This document shows, one piece after another, positions 40,167 through 52,797 of a stretch of DNA of 64,000 nt. The notes under the pieces are model-generated. The model was not told the DNA's origin. It did no database searches and was given only the letters and a program-made list of their open reading frames with translations. The position numbers were made by a program, and so were the translations under genes. The first letter of the stretch is position 1. Each line of letters starts with the position of its first letter. Source of the stretch: Rhodospirillaceae bacterium. Its GTDB lineage: Bacteria > Pseudomonadota > Alphaproteobacteria > UBA6615. The stretch is from NCBI GenBank assembly GCA_038140435.1, contig JAYQGE010000001.1, positions 16,228-80,227 on the forward strand, given 5' to 3'.

Positions 40167-41066
40167 GTGGACATGGCATACGCCTGTTCCATGAACACCG
40201 AGTTGCTTCCCGGCTTCCGCAGCATATCCGAGCGCTACGATCACCTGATCGTCGATCTGTGGGGCACCCTGCATAACGGCATCGAGCCGCTGCCCGGCGC
40301 GATCGAATGTCTGGAGCATTTCGGCGGCGCGGGCGCGCGGATCGTTCTCCTGTCCAACGCGCCGTTCCGGGTGTCCGGCGTTCGAGACGTGCTCGGCCAT
40401 ATCGGGATTCCCGAGACGATCTACGAGGATGTCTTCTGTTCCGGCGAGATCGCCTGGCGCGCCATTCGTGATCGCGCCGATCCCTGGCACGCGAAACTGG
40501 GCCGTCGTGCCGCGTTCATCGGGCCGGATCGCCATCGGCCCATGCTCGACAATCCCGGCATCGACGGCGCGGCGGACTTCGAGGATGCGGACTTCGTGAT
40601 CTGCACCGGGCCGCGCGACGCCGGTCATGCCCTCGACGACTACATCCCCGACCTCGAGCGCGCCGCCGCGGCGAAGCTGCCGATGATCTGCACCAATCCG
40701 GACCGCGAGGTTTTGCGCGGCGATGCGCGCGAGATCTGCGCCGGCGCGATCGCCGAAGCCTACGAGACGCGCTTCGGCGGCGACGTCGCCTGGCACGGGA
40801 AGCCGTACCGCCCCGTCTATGACGAGGTTCTCCGGATCCTCGGCGAACCCGATCGCGCGCGGGTCCTGATGATCGGCGACGGTCTCGGGACCGATGTCGC
40901 GGGAGCGGCGGTCGCAGGCATCGATGCGGCCTTCATCGTCGGCGGAATTGCCGCCGAACGACTGGGTGCCGCGCCGGGTGCGCTGCCGGACCCGGAGCGG
41001 CTTGCGACCCTGCTCGATGAGGTGGGCCAGGCGCCGCGCTACGCGATGCCCGGGCTGTTCTGGTAA
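40167..41066 (+). CDS. HAD-superfamily hydrolase, subfamily IIA
   Basis: DLWGTLHNG (DxD-like motif I variant), MIGDGLGTDV motif IV. Confidence 0.7.
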   Translation: MDMAYACSMNTELLPGFRSISERYDHLIVDLWGTLHNGIEPLPGAIECLEHFGGAGARIVLLSNAPFRVSGVRDVLGHIGIPETIYEDVFCSGEIAWRAIRDRADPWHAKLGRRAAFIGPDRHRPMLDNPGIDGAADFEDADFVICTGPRDAGHALDDYIPDLERAAAAKLPMICTNPDREVLRGDAREICAGAIAEAYETRFGGDVAWHGKPYRPVYDEVLRILGEPDRARVLMIGDGLGTDVAGAAVAGIDAAFIVGGIAAERLGAAPGALPDPERLATLLDEVGQAPRYAMPGLFW

Positions 41067-41114
41067 CGATTCTCTTACGTAAACCGGCATAGGTATCGGC
41101 ACCGGATAGCGCCG

Positions 41115-42998
41115 ATGCGGCGCGGGGCGGAAGGACAATCGGTAGGACGGGAATTGGGCATTCACCGCCACGCGTGGAACTGGTCCTTCGATGCGCCGCC
41201 CGAGACGATCTGGCCGATCCTGTCGGACACCGCGCGTTTCAACGAGGCGGCGGGGCTCCCGAAGCACGAAATCACCGAAACTCCTCAGGATGACGGTTCG
41301 GTGCTCTACACGGCCGAGGCGAAGCAGGGGCCGTTCCATATGGCCTGGCGCGAGGAGCCGGTGAACTGGATCGCGAACCGCTGGTTCGAGCATCGCCGCC
41401 ACTTTACGCGGGGGCCGTTCCGGATGGTCTTTGCGAACCTCGAGATCACGTCAGCAGGCGCCGACGGCGCGCGCAGCGAGGTGCATTACACCCTTGAGGT
41501 CGAGGCCGCGAACCTGGTGGGCGAGATTCTCCTGCGGACAGTCTTCTTCAAGGCCACCGACAAGATGTTCGGCGCGCTGATCGACGCGACGCGGGACTAC
41601 GCACGGGGAAATCGCGAGACTCCGTTCGACGCCACGCCACCCGAACTGGACCTGGCCGCGCGCCAGCGTGTCGATCGTGCGATCGCGGCCATCAACGAAA
41701 CCCCGCATGCCCACGGTCTTGCGGAAGCTTTGGCGGCACACGCGACCACTGCCCAGGAGGTGGATGTGGTCAAAATTCGCCCGCTGGCGCTGGCCCGTCG
41801 TTGGGATGTGCCCGCCCGCGATGTGATCGAGCTTTGCCTCGAGGCGACGCGTGCGGGCCTGCTCGACCTGCGCTGGGATATCCTGTGCCCGCGCTGCCGG
41901 GTCGCCAAGTCGATCTCCGCAGGACTCGACGAGTTGCCGACGGGCGCCCATTGCGGGACGTGCAACATCGACTATGACCGCGACTTCTCGCGCAACGTCG
42001 AACTGAGTTTCCAGCCGGCGGCAGGTATACGGCCACTGGCCTTCGGCGAGTACTGCCTGTTCGGCCCCATGAGCACACCGCATATCGTCGCCCAGGTCCG
42101 TGTCGCGGCGGGGGAGCCCCGCGAGCTGGAGGCCGAACTCGCACCCGGCCGCTATCTGGCGCGCACGCTCGAGGCCGGACCAGAGGCGGAACTCGACCAC
42201 GAGGGCGGCGGTTTCCCCGAGGTTCTGATCGGCGATGGCAGCGTGACGACGGGCGCGCCGGCCGGGCCGGGCTTGCTGCGGCTCGTCAACACGTCCGCGC
42301 ATGACCGGAATGTCGTGATCGAGGAGCGCGCCTGGGAGCGCGACGCCCTGACAGCGGACAGGGTCACCGCGATGCAGGCGTTCCGCGACCTGTTCTCGGA
42401 CCAGGTCCTGCGTCCCGGCGACGAGGTGGCGATCCAGCGGGTCACGCTGATGTTCACCGACCTTCGTGGGTCCACGGCACTTTATGAAACCATGGGGGAT
42501 GCGCGGGCCTACGGGCTGGTGCGCGACCATTTCGCCTTCCTGACCGGCATCGTGCGCGATCACGAGGGCGCGGTCGTGAAGACCATCGGCGATGCCGTGA
42601 TGGCGGCGTTCCTGGAGCCGGGCCATGCGCTTGCCGCGGGGTTGGAGATCCAGGCTGCGGTTGCGGCCTTCAACCGCGATCATGCGCCGACGGATGGCGG
42701 CGAGGAGCTGGTCGCTATCAAGGTCGGCATTCACGAAGGCCCGTGCATCGCGGTCAACCTGAACGACCGGCTGGACTATTTCGGGACGGCGGTGAACCTA
42801 ACTGCCCGTCTCGAGGGGCAGAGCCGGGGCGGCGATATCGTGATCTCGAAGAGCCTCGCCGCCGACCCGGGCGTCGCTGCGCTCCTCGAGGGCCGCGCAT
42901 TGAGCGAGGAATCGGCGGAACTGCGGGGATTCGACGCTGCCGTGCCGTTCCTGCGCATCGACCGCTCTGCCGGCGCCCCGGTCGTGGCGGGCCGATAG
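41115..42998 (+). CDS. class III adenylate/guanylate cyclase with a large N-terminal sensor region containing a Cys4 zinc ribbon
   Basis: C-terminal cyclase homology domain ([12 protein letters not shown].., [16 protein letters not shown]). The N-terminal about 400 aa carry CPRC..x20..CGTC. Confidence 0.8.
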   Translation: MRRGAEGQSVGRELGIHRHAWNWSFDAPPETIWPILSDTARFNEAAGLPKHEITETPQDDGSVLYTAEAKQGPFHMAWREEPVNWIANRWFEHRRHFTRGPFRMVFANLEITSAGADGARSEVHYTLEVEAANLVGEILLRTVFFKATDKMFGALIDATRDYARGNRETPFDATPPELDLAARQRVDRAIAAINETPHAHGLAEALAAHATTAQEVDVVKIRPLALARRWDVPARDVIELCLEATRAGLLDLRWDILCPRCRVAKSISAGLDELPTGAHCGTCNIDYDRDFSRNVELSFQPAAGIRPLAFGEYCLFGPMSTPHIVAQVRVAAGEPRELEAELAPGRYLARTLEAGPEAELDHEGGGFPEVLIGDGSVTTGAPAGPGLLRLVNTSAHDRNVVIEERAWERDALTADRVTAMQAFRDLFSDQVLRPGDEVAIQRVTLMFTDLRGSTALYETMGDARAYGLVRDHFAFLTGIVRDHEGAVVKTIGDAVMAAFLEPGHALAAGLEIQAAVAAFNRDHAPTDGGEELVAIKVGIHEGPCIAVNLNDRLDYFGTAVNLTARLEGQSRGGDIVISKSLAADPGVAALLEGRALSEESAELRGFDAAVPFLRIDRSAGAPVVAGR

Positions 42999-43047
42999 AC
43001 CGGCCCCCGGCCACGCATTATACTTCCCGGCCATTCCTGTCGGGGCA

Positions 43048-45218
<2,171 letters not shown>

Positions 45219-45219
<1 letters not shown>

Positions 45220-48200
45220 TGTCGGGTTCCGGGGACGACTGGCGGGCCGACGAGGACGCGTCCGGGCCCGAACCGGAGCGCGAGGATGCGCCCGACGACC
45301 CCTTCGAAGACGTCTTCGACGACGACGAAGGATTCGATCAGCCCCGTGACGACCGCGACGGCGACAGGTATGGCGAGCCAGCGCCCCGCCGCCGCGCAGG
45401 CCTCAACTTCATGAGCTGGGTGCTGGGCCTGGCCGGGGCGGCGTGGCTCGCGTTTTTCGCCATGTTTGTCGCGCGCGCCATCGGCTGGTCGCTGGTGCCC
45501 CAGCTTCTGCCCTACGAGGTCGGCAGCCTCGTCGCGGGCCTGCTGGTGCCGCCAGGCTTTCTGTTCGCGCTCGCGGTTCTGGCCGCGCGCCGCCGCCGGC
45601 TCAACGACACACTGGCCGGGCTCGAGGAGCAGATTGCGCGCCTGGAATCGCCCTTTTCCAACGCGAACTCCGAACTGACGGAGCTTGGCGAGATGCTCGT
45701 CCTTTACGGGCAGGCCCTGCAGGAGGCGGTTGCGGATGCCCGTCGGCAGATGTCCGAGCTGCGGGGCGGATTCGCGCGCGAGGCGTCGGAGCTCGCCCAG
45801 ATCACCGAGGCACTCGCCAACATGATGATCTCGGCCAACGAATCCGCCGGAACCCAGGCCGGGGTTCTTGCGGACATGACCAAGCAGATCGAGGGGAACC
45901 TTCAGAAGATCAGCGGCGTCGGGAAGGGCGAGGCCGAGGTGATCGACGCCGCCTCGCGTCGCGCCGAGGAAGTCGTACAGCAGCTTCTGTCCGCGCTGCA
46001 TGAGCAGATCGCGGCCATCGAGTCCGGCTTCGAGAAGGCGGTCAACGAGACGGTCGGGCGCGTGTCGGGCACGGGCGATACGGCGGTCGAGGAAATTCGC
46101 GCCGTGGCGAACCAGCTCGCCGAACGTGCCCGGGAGGCCGTCGACACGGTGACCCAGCAGGCCGATGAGGCGGGCACCGCCATCGGCGACGCGGGTGCAC
46201 GAGCGGCCGGGGCAATTGCAGAGGCGTCGGATGACGCGCTGAGCAAGTCGGCGGCGCTGGGTGAGGAACTGGAACGGCGGTCGGCGGACGCCGGGGAGGC
46301 GTTCGAGGCGGCGATCGGTCGGGCGTCGGAGAGGCTTGCCGCCATGTCGGAGGAAGCCGCCGGACACGCGGAGCGGCTGGCGGCCGAGATCTCCGGCCAG
46401 ATGCAGCAGGCGGGGGGCGCACTCGACCGTGTCGTCGAGGCCATGGCCGCACAGCTCTCGGAGGTTTCGGACCAGGCCGGTCAGCGGGCGCGGGAGATCA
46501 CCGAGGCCGCTGCTGCGGAGATGGCACAGGCCGGGCGCGCGGTCGGCGCAAGCGCCGCGGAAACCCGCCAGGAGATCGAACGCATGACCGCGAACCTGCG
46601 CGAGCAGGCAGACGCCTTTGCCGCCATATCTCGCGCGAGCGTTGCGCAGGTGGATGCTGCGAGTGAGCGGCTGAACGCGTTTGCCGACGGTCTCGCGGCG
46701 GCGGGAGAATCGGCCGACGAACGCGCACGCGCTCTGGGCGACACGTATCGCAGCGAGGCGAGCGCGCTGGAAACAGTCGCGCGCAGCACGTCCGCCGAAG
46801 CAGAGCGACTCACGGCTGAACTGCGGAGCGCAGCGGGGGCGCTGTCTGCGTCCGCCGGCAGCATCGCGACCGGCGCGGCCGAGGCGCGCGAGGCGCTGGG
46901 AGAACATGCGCAGCTCGTGGAGACCGAGTATGCGCAGACGCTGAGCCGCGCCCAGCGCACCCGCGACGAGATTGTCGAGCAGCGGGAAGTCCTGGAATCC
47001 GCGGCGGATGCGGCGTTGGCCAGGATCACGGCGATCCGCGACACGCTGGGCGACAGCAGCCTGTCGCTCGATCAGGCCGCGGAGCGCGCCAGCGGCCAGC
47101 TGCGCGGCCTGCGTGAGCAGCTCGGCAACGATCAACATTTCATGTCGGAGATCGTCTCCGGCGCGGAGACCCGCTTCAGCGCGCTGGGCGACACACTGCG
47201 TGACAGCGCAGGCGATGTGACCGAGGCCTCCGGAATCGCCGAGGCCGCGGCGCGCAGTGCCCACGAGGCCTTGCGCCGCAACTCCCAGGAGCTGACGAAT
47301 GCCAGCGTGACCGCCGGTGCGCGGGCCGAAGCGCTCGGCGAGTCCCTGACCCAGCATACGGAGGCCCTCAACCAGTCGGCAGCGGACTCGCTGTCCCGCC
47401 TGACGGAGGTCCGGGACATGATCCAGCGCGAGAGCGACGCGGTCGAGGCGACGGCACGGGCGGCGATGGAAGGCCTGTCCGATGTTGCCGGCGCCATGCG
47501 CCAGCGTCGTGAAGAACTGACGACCAGTACGGAGGAGATGCGCCGCGCCGCCAACGATACCGAGGAGTCGCTCGCCGCCCGCAGCCGGGATGTGCGCGAG
47601 ACGATGGAATCGATTCTCGAAAGCTGGCGCGACCTCGGCGATGTTCTGGTCAGCCGTACGGACGCCCTGCGCGAGACCGGCGAGACCGCCGTGACGCGTG
47701 CCGAGGCGGTCCTTCAGACCATCGATCGCCACGCGGGTGATCTGTCGACGTCTGCCGATCGGATGGAAGGGCGTGTCAACGGGCTTGGCGAGCAGCTGCG
47801 CGAGCAGACGCGCGACATGCAGTCGGCGATCGAGCAGGTGGCGGAACGCGCCGAGACCATCGCCGCGACGTTCCGGATGCAGGAGCGGGCGCTTGTCGAG
47901 GCCGCCGAGGATGCCGGCCGGAAGGCCGATGAAGTGCGGGTGTCGTTCATCGATGCCAACCGGGGCGTGTTCCTGCACACCGTCAACCGCGTGCTCGATA
48001 CGCTCGGTTCACTGGGAAACGAAATCGAGGAAGCGCTGGATGGTGCTGCGGCGCCGGAGATCATGCGCAGGTTCTCGAAGGGTGACCGGGGGGTCGCGCT
48101 TCGCCGCATTTCCGCGCGCGCGGGAGATCCGATCGCGGTCAACCGCGTGCGTGAGCTCTACGAGGATGACGAGGACTTCCGGACGCTGGCGACGCGCTAC

Positions 48201-48335
48201 CTGCGCGAATTCGAGCGCCTGCTGGCCCAGGCAGGCGATGCCGATCCGGATGAACTTCTGAGCGCCAGTCTGCTGACCGCCGACGTCGGCAAGGCCTATC
48301 TGCTGCTGTCCCGCGCCGTCGAGCGCCACAAGTAA
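45219..48335 (+). CDS. large (1038 aa) membrane-anchored coiled-coil protein of unknown function
   Basis: ATG overlaps the mcm stop (TGATG). Acidic disordered N-terminus, two TM helices, then about 900 aa of Ala/Glu/Arg-rich amphipathic heptad/11-mer repeats. High GC3. Confidence 0.7.
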
Positions 48336-48529
48336 ACGCAACCAAACTCGTTGCGCGTGCACCGGGCCTGACAAATGTCAGGCTTGCAGGATGATCCGTT
48401 CGCGATTGTAAGGGGGAGTATATAAAAAATTACCGAATGGAATAAAAAAGATCATAAGAATAGACAATAAGAAATTATAATGGCATTGTTCATGCGATTT
48501 GGAACATCATTGTCGCCGGTGCATTACAA

Positions 48530-49006
48530 ATGGAAGGTCAGATAGACCAAATCGACCGAAAACTCCTGGACGTGGTCCAGGACGATGCGCGCCTGTCGTT
48601 CCGGGAGATCGGGCGCCGGGTCGGCATGTCCACGCCGGCCGTGGCGGAGCGCATTCGGCGGCTCGAGGCGGCCGGCATCATTCGGGGATATGCCGCGCAA
48701 GTGGATCGCGCGGCGCTCGGTCGGGAGATCGGGGCGTTTGTGCGCCTCTCGGTCTCGGACAAGGATTTCCGCCGTGTGTCCGGCCTGTGCCGGTCCCTCG
48801 ACGCGGTGGTGGAGTGTCATCACATCACCGGCGAGGACTGTTTCGTCATTCGCGTTGCCGTTGCGTCGATCGCCGAACTCGAGGATGTCATCTCCCGTTT
48901 CCGCAAGATCGGATCCGCGCAAAGCTCGGTCATTCTTTCGTCCCCGGTCGACGGCAAGCCGGTGCCGGTGGACGGTGCGCTGTTGCCGCCTGCGGCGGTT
49001 CGCTAG
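48530..49006 (+). CDS. Lrp/AsnC-family transcriptional regulator
   Basis: ..DRKLLDVVQDDARLSFREIGRRVGMSTPAVAERIRRLE.. HTH, plus the RAM domain. Confidence 0.85.
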   Translation: MEGQIDQIDRKLLDVVQDDARLSFREIGRRVGMSTPAVAERIRRLEAAGIIRGYAAQVDRAALGREIGAFVRLSVSDKDFRRVSGLCRSLDAVVECHHITGEDCFVIRVAVASIAELEDVISRFRKIGSAQSSVILSSPVDGKPVPVDGALLPPAAVR

Positions 49007-49015
49007 GTTGGTGCG

Positions 49016-50029
49016 ATGACGAAGGATGACGGAAAGACATCGGCGAACGCCACCGACGACCCGGCTAGCCTCGCTGCCCGGGTGCGCGCTGGCGACCGGC
49101 GGGCGCTGGCCCGCGCGATCACCCTCATCGAATCGACCCGCGAGGATCATCGAAGCCAGGCCGAGGCGCTGCTCGAATTGCTGCTGCCCCATACAGGTCG
49201 GGCGAGCCGTATCGGCATCTCCGGGGTCCCCGGCGTGGGCAAGTCCACCTTCATCGAGGCATTCGGGCTCGACTGGATCGATGCGGGCCACCGGGTGGCC
49301 GTTCTGGCCGTTGACCCGTCATCGCGCCGCAGCGGCGGTTCGATTCTGGGCGACAAGACCCGGATGGAACAGCTTTCGCGCGCGCCCGACGCCTTCATCC
49401 GGCCGTCGCCGACCGCCGGCACGCTCGGCGGGGTCGCGCGGCGCACCCGCGAGGTCATGCTCGCCTGCGAGGCCGCCGGGTTTGACGTGATCCTGATCGA
49501 GACCGTCGGTGTGGGGCAGTCCGAGACGGCGGTCGCGGACCTCGTGGACATGTTTGTCCTTTTGCTGCTGCCGGGGGGTGGCGACGAGCTACAGGGCCTG
49601 AAGCGCGGGATCATGGAACTCGCCGACCTGCTGGTGATCAACAAGGCGGATGGGGACATGACCGACGCCGCGGAACGGTCCGCGGCCGAGTATTCAAACG
49701 CCGTACGGTTGCTGCACCCGGCGGCGTCGGACTGGGTTCCCCCGGTCCTGACCTGTTCATCCCTCGAGAATCGGGGAGTTTCCGAGATTCGCGAGACGGC
49801 CGAGCGCCATCGCGCACAGGCAGAGGCGAACGATGCGCTGGAATCCCGCCGCGCGGACCAGGCCCGGCGCTGGATGTGGGGCGAGGTCGACGAGCATCTG
49901 CTCGCGGCCTTTCAGCGCCATCCCGAGGTCCGCGAGCGGCTCGCGGCCCTCGAGGCGCAGGTGTCGCGCGCGCAAATCACACCCTCGGCCGCGGCCCAGG
50001 CCCTGCTCGAGGCGTTTCGCGGGGGCTGA
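49016..50029 (+). CDS. meaB: methylmalonyl-CoA mutase-associated GTPase MeaB (ArgK family)
   Basis: P-loop GVPGVGKST, ..[14 protein letters not shown].., NKAD. Confidence 0.85.
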   Translation: MTKDDGKTSANATDDPASLAARVRAGDRRALARAITLIESTREDHRSQAEALLELLLPHTGRASRIGISGVPGVGKSTFIEAFGLDWIDAGHRVAVLAVDPSSRRSGGSILGDKTRMEQLSRAPDAFIRPSPTAGTLGGVARRTREVMLACEAAGFDVILIETVGVGQSETAVADLVDMFVLLLLPGGGDELQGLKRGIMELADLLVINKADGDMTDAAERSAAEYSNAVRLLHPAASDWVPPVLTCSSLENRGVSEIRETAERHRAQAEANDALESRRADQARRWMWGEVDEHLLAAFQRHPEVRERLAALEAQVSRAQITPSAAAQALLEAFRGG

Positions 50030-50127
50030 ATCCGCGCGACGCCGGGCTTGACCCGCCTCCCGGCTTCGCCTAAAAACACCGCCGTTCGCGCCGATTTCGG
50101 CGCGTTAGCCGTTCATGGAGCAAGGAA

Positions 50128-50416
50128 TATGTCGCGTCGCTGCGCCATCACAGGCAAGGGTGTGCTGACCGGGAACAACGTCAGCCACGCGCATAACAAG
50201 ACACGCCGCCGGTTCCTGCCGAACCTGCAGACGACCATGCTGTACAGCGAGACGCTGGCGCGTGGTGTCCGCGTCAACCTGACCGCCCGCGCGATCCGCA
50301 CGATCGAGCACAAGGGTGGCGTCGATGCGTTCCTGCGCGGGACGGCAGCCTCGAAGCTGCCGCGTGAGCTCCGCCGCATGAAGCGTGACCTCGAGAAGGC
50401 CGGCACGACCGCCTGA
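50128..50416 (+). CDS. rpmB: 50S ribosomal protein L28
   Basis: [31 protein letters not shown].. is canonical L28. GGAGCAAGGA RBS. Confidence 0.9.
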
Positions 50417-50442
50417 TCGCGCGCATCGCCCGGTCTGACGAA

Positions 50443-50468
50443 AAGCCCGCGTCATGCGGGCTTTTTTG
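50443..50468 (+). terminator. rho-independent terminator of rpmB
   Basis: AAGCCCGCgtcatGCGGGCTT stem-loop followed by TTTTTT. Confidence 0.8.
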
Positions 50469-50533
50469 CGCCCGGTGCCTGTATGATCACGATTGCCCGA
50501 GAATGAAACCCGATCCACCGGCGCGTCCAAGCC

Positions 50534-51769
50534 ATGTCCGACTATCCAGGTTTCGCGTTCGAAGTCACCCGCACCGCAACGGGTGAGGCGGGTTGGCCGG
50601 GCGCGGCACGCCGGGGCCGGATCACCACGCCCCACGGTGTGATCGAGACGCCCGCTTTCGTCTTCTGTGCGACACGGGGCGCGCTGCGCGGCGTGTTGCC
50701 GGCCCAGGCCCGAGCCGAGGCGACGCAGATCATTCTCGGCAACACCTATCACCTGATGTTGCAGCCGGGTGCCGAGCGCGTCGCGCAACTCGGCGGCCTG
50801 CACAGGATGATGGGTTGGGACGGCCCGATGCTGACCGATTCGGGCGGGTTCCAGATCTTCTCCCTCGGTCGCGGTGGCGATCAGCAGGAAATCAAGGGCA
50901 GCCGGACCGATGTGCGCGATCCCTCGCTGCTGGCCATCGACGAGGCGGGGGCCTCCTTCCGCTCCTACATCGACGGGTCGAAGGTGACGCTCACGCCCGA
51001 GGATTCGATCCGGATTCAGCGTCAGATCGGGGCGGACATCATCCTCGTGCTCGACGAATGCACGCCCTATCACGTCGATCGGGACTACACGGCCCGGTCG
51101 ATGGAGCTGACCCATCGCTGGGCGTCGCGCTCGATCGCGGCGTTCGGGGAGGCCGAAGAAGGCTCCGCTGGCCCCCAGGGGCTCTACGGGATCGTCCAGG
51201 GCGGGGTCTATGAGGACCTGCGCCGGGAGAGCGCGGAGTTCACGGCCGCGCAGCCCTATTTCGGATATGCGGTGGGCGGCTGTCTTGGCGGTACGCCTGA
51301 AGAGATGGACGAGGTGGTGGCGCTTGCCATGGCGCCGCTGAACGCCGCGACGCCGTCCGCCCGGCCGATTCATCTGCTGGGCGTCGGCAGTGTCCGCGAT
51401 GTCTGGTACGGGATCGCGAAGGGGATCGACACCTTCGACTGCGTCAACCCGACCCGGCTGGCGCGCCATGGCAGCGCCTACATCCGGCCCGGCCTCGGCG
51501 AGACCGAGAACGGCCGGGAATTCATAAACCTCAAGAATGCGCGCTTCCGCGAAGACGATGGCCCCGTCGATCCCGAGTGCAACTGCGCGACCTGCACCAC
51601 CGTTTCGCGCGCCTACCTGCACCACCTGGTCAAGGCTGGCGAACTCAACGCGGTCAGCCTGCTGGCGGTCCACAATGTGCGCTTCATGAACAGGCTGCTC
51701 GAGGATGTGCGCGCGGCGATCGACAATGACGACATTGCCGCACGGCGGGCTCACTGGATCGACGGCTGA
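50534..51769 (+). CDS. tgt: queuine tRNA-ribosyltransferase
   Basis: DSGGFQ, VLDECTPY, GIVQGG, and the zinc motif C-x-C-x2-C..H (CNCATCTTVSRAYLHH). Confidence 0.85.
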   Translation: MSDYPGFAFEVTRTATGEAGWPGAARRGRITTPHGVIETPAFVFCATRGALRGVLPAQARAEATQIILGNTYHLMLQPGAERVAQLGGLHRMMGWDGPMLTDSGGFQIFSLGRGGDQQEIKGSRTDVRDPSLLAIDEAGASFRSYIDGSKVTLTPEDSIRIQRQIGADIILVLDECTPYHVDRDYTARSMELTHRWASRSIAAFGEAEEGSAGPQGLYGIVQGGVYEDLRRESAEFTAAQPYFGYAVGGCLGGTPEEMDEVVALAMAPLNAATPSARPIHLLGVGSVRDVWYGIAKGIDTFDCVNPTRLARHGSAYIRPGLGETENGREFINLKNARFREDDGPVDPECNCATCTTVSRAYLHHLVKAGELNAVSLLAVHNVRFMNRLLEDVRAAIDNDDIAARRAHWIDG

Positions 51770-51782
51770 GACGTCTCGCGAA

Positions 51783-52739
51783 TTAGGGCAAGAGCTCGAA
51801 CATCAGCAGCAGGCTGCGCTGGTCGTCGGAAAAGTTGTTGTCGCTCGCGACGTAGATCAGCGTCTTGCCGCGCCCGGCCGCACGGGCAGTGATGGCTTCG
51901 AAATTCTCGGTCACAAACGGCGACTCAAGCCGGGCGATCTCGAATGTCTGGATCGGTGCGCCCGGTCGCAGGCCGCGCTGCGGGATGCGCGTGATTCGCG
52001 AGCCCACGTCGCGGGGCGGCGTGAAGCGTCGCTCGAGCACGACGATGTCGCCGTTGGCCAGAAGCGCGGCGCCGGTGGGCTTGTAGGGTGGGAACAGTGT
52101 GTAGGCCATCGGCGTCCATTCCGCGCCGTTGCCGAGCCAGGCAGTCGGAAAGGCGCGGGTCGTGATCAGATCTTCGGTGATGGGCAGGATCTGTTTGTCC
52201 GCGGTTTCGCTCGCCGCCTCGATGCCCCGGTTCGCGCGTGCGCGCTCGAGACCGGGTGGCGTGATGAGCAGGCGTGGCGAGGAGCGCAGGGGCGCGAACG
52301 AGGCCGGAAAATGGAGGAGCCGGTGATTGCGCTCGAAGGCGACCACCCAGCCACCGTTTGGCATCCGCGCAATCGCCTCGATGTCGGAATTTCGCTCGTC
52401 GTTGATGGAGCGGCCGGCAGCGCCGGTGACCGGCGCGATATCCTCGAGCTTCGCGACGGACAGGTCGCCGGTCCGGTCGTAATCGAGGAACAGTTCCGCC
52501 CTGTAACCTCGATCGGTCAGCATGGTGAGTGCGCGGCCGGCGGAGTCGATCTCCATGGCCGAGATGCCGCCGAAGTTCGGATTGTCGAAGTTTAGTTCCA
52601 GTCCGCCGCGATAGATCAGTCGTCCCACGCGGTCCTGTCCGCTCAAACCTTCATGCAGCTGGATCGGCGTGGAGTCCGCAGCGGCCGGAGTGGCCAGCAG
52701 TGTGCCGGCGACCAGCAGGGCTGAAAGGAATCGCATCAT
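51783..52739 (-). CDS. secreted phytase-like esterase family protein
   Basis: Signal peptide at MMRFLSALLVAGTLLATPAAA. ..GISAMEID..LTDRG.. and the C-terminal ..SDNNFS..Q.. typical of PF13449-like proteins. Start chosen to avoid overlap with cobT. Confidence 0.6.
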   Translation of the reverse strand: MMRFLSALLVAGTLLATPAAADSTPIQLHEGLSGQDRVGRLIYRGGLELNFDNPNFGGISAMEIDSAGRALTMLTDRGYRAELFLDYDRTGDLSVAKLEDIAPVTGAAGRSINDERNSDIEAIARMPNGGWVVAFERNHRLLHFPASFAPLRSSPRLLITPPGLERARANRGIEAASETADKQILPITEDLITTRAFPTAWLGNGAEWTPMAYTLFPPYKPTGAALLANGDIVVLERRFTPPRDVGSRITRIPQRGLRPGAPIQTFEIARLESPFVTENFEAITARAAGRGKTLIYVASDNNFSDDQRSLLLMFELLP

Positions 52740-52797
52740 CCGTCGTTTATAGCCGTATTCCGAGGCGCGGACAGGGCCGAACTTCGCCGGTGCACGA

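Noticed and set aside
40107-41402. 431-aa minus-strand ORF over the HAD hydrolase and adenylate cyclase start
   Set aside because: No motifs. It overlaps two supported + genes. GC-bias artefact.
50534-51769. Possibility that the Tgt homologue is a DpdA-type DNA-modification transglycosylase
   Set aside because: The sequence retains canonical tRNA-guanine transglycosylase motifs and the zinc site, sits next to rpmB in a housekeeping context, and has no dpdB-K, queC/D/E or other 7-deazaguanine DNA-modification genes nearby.
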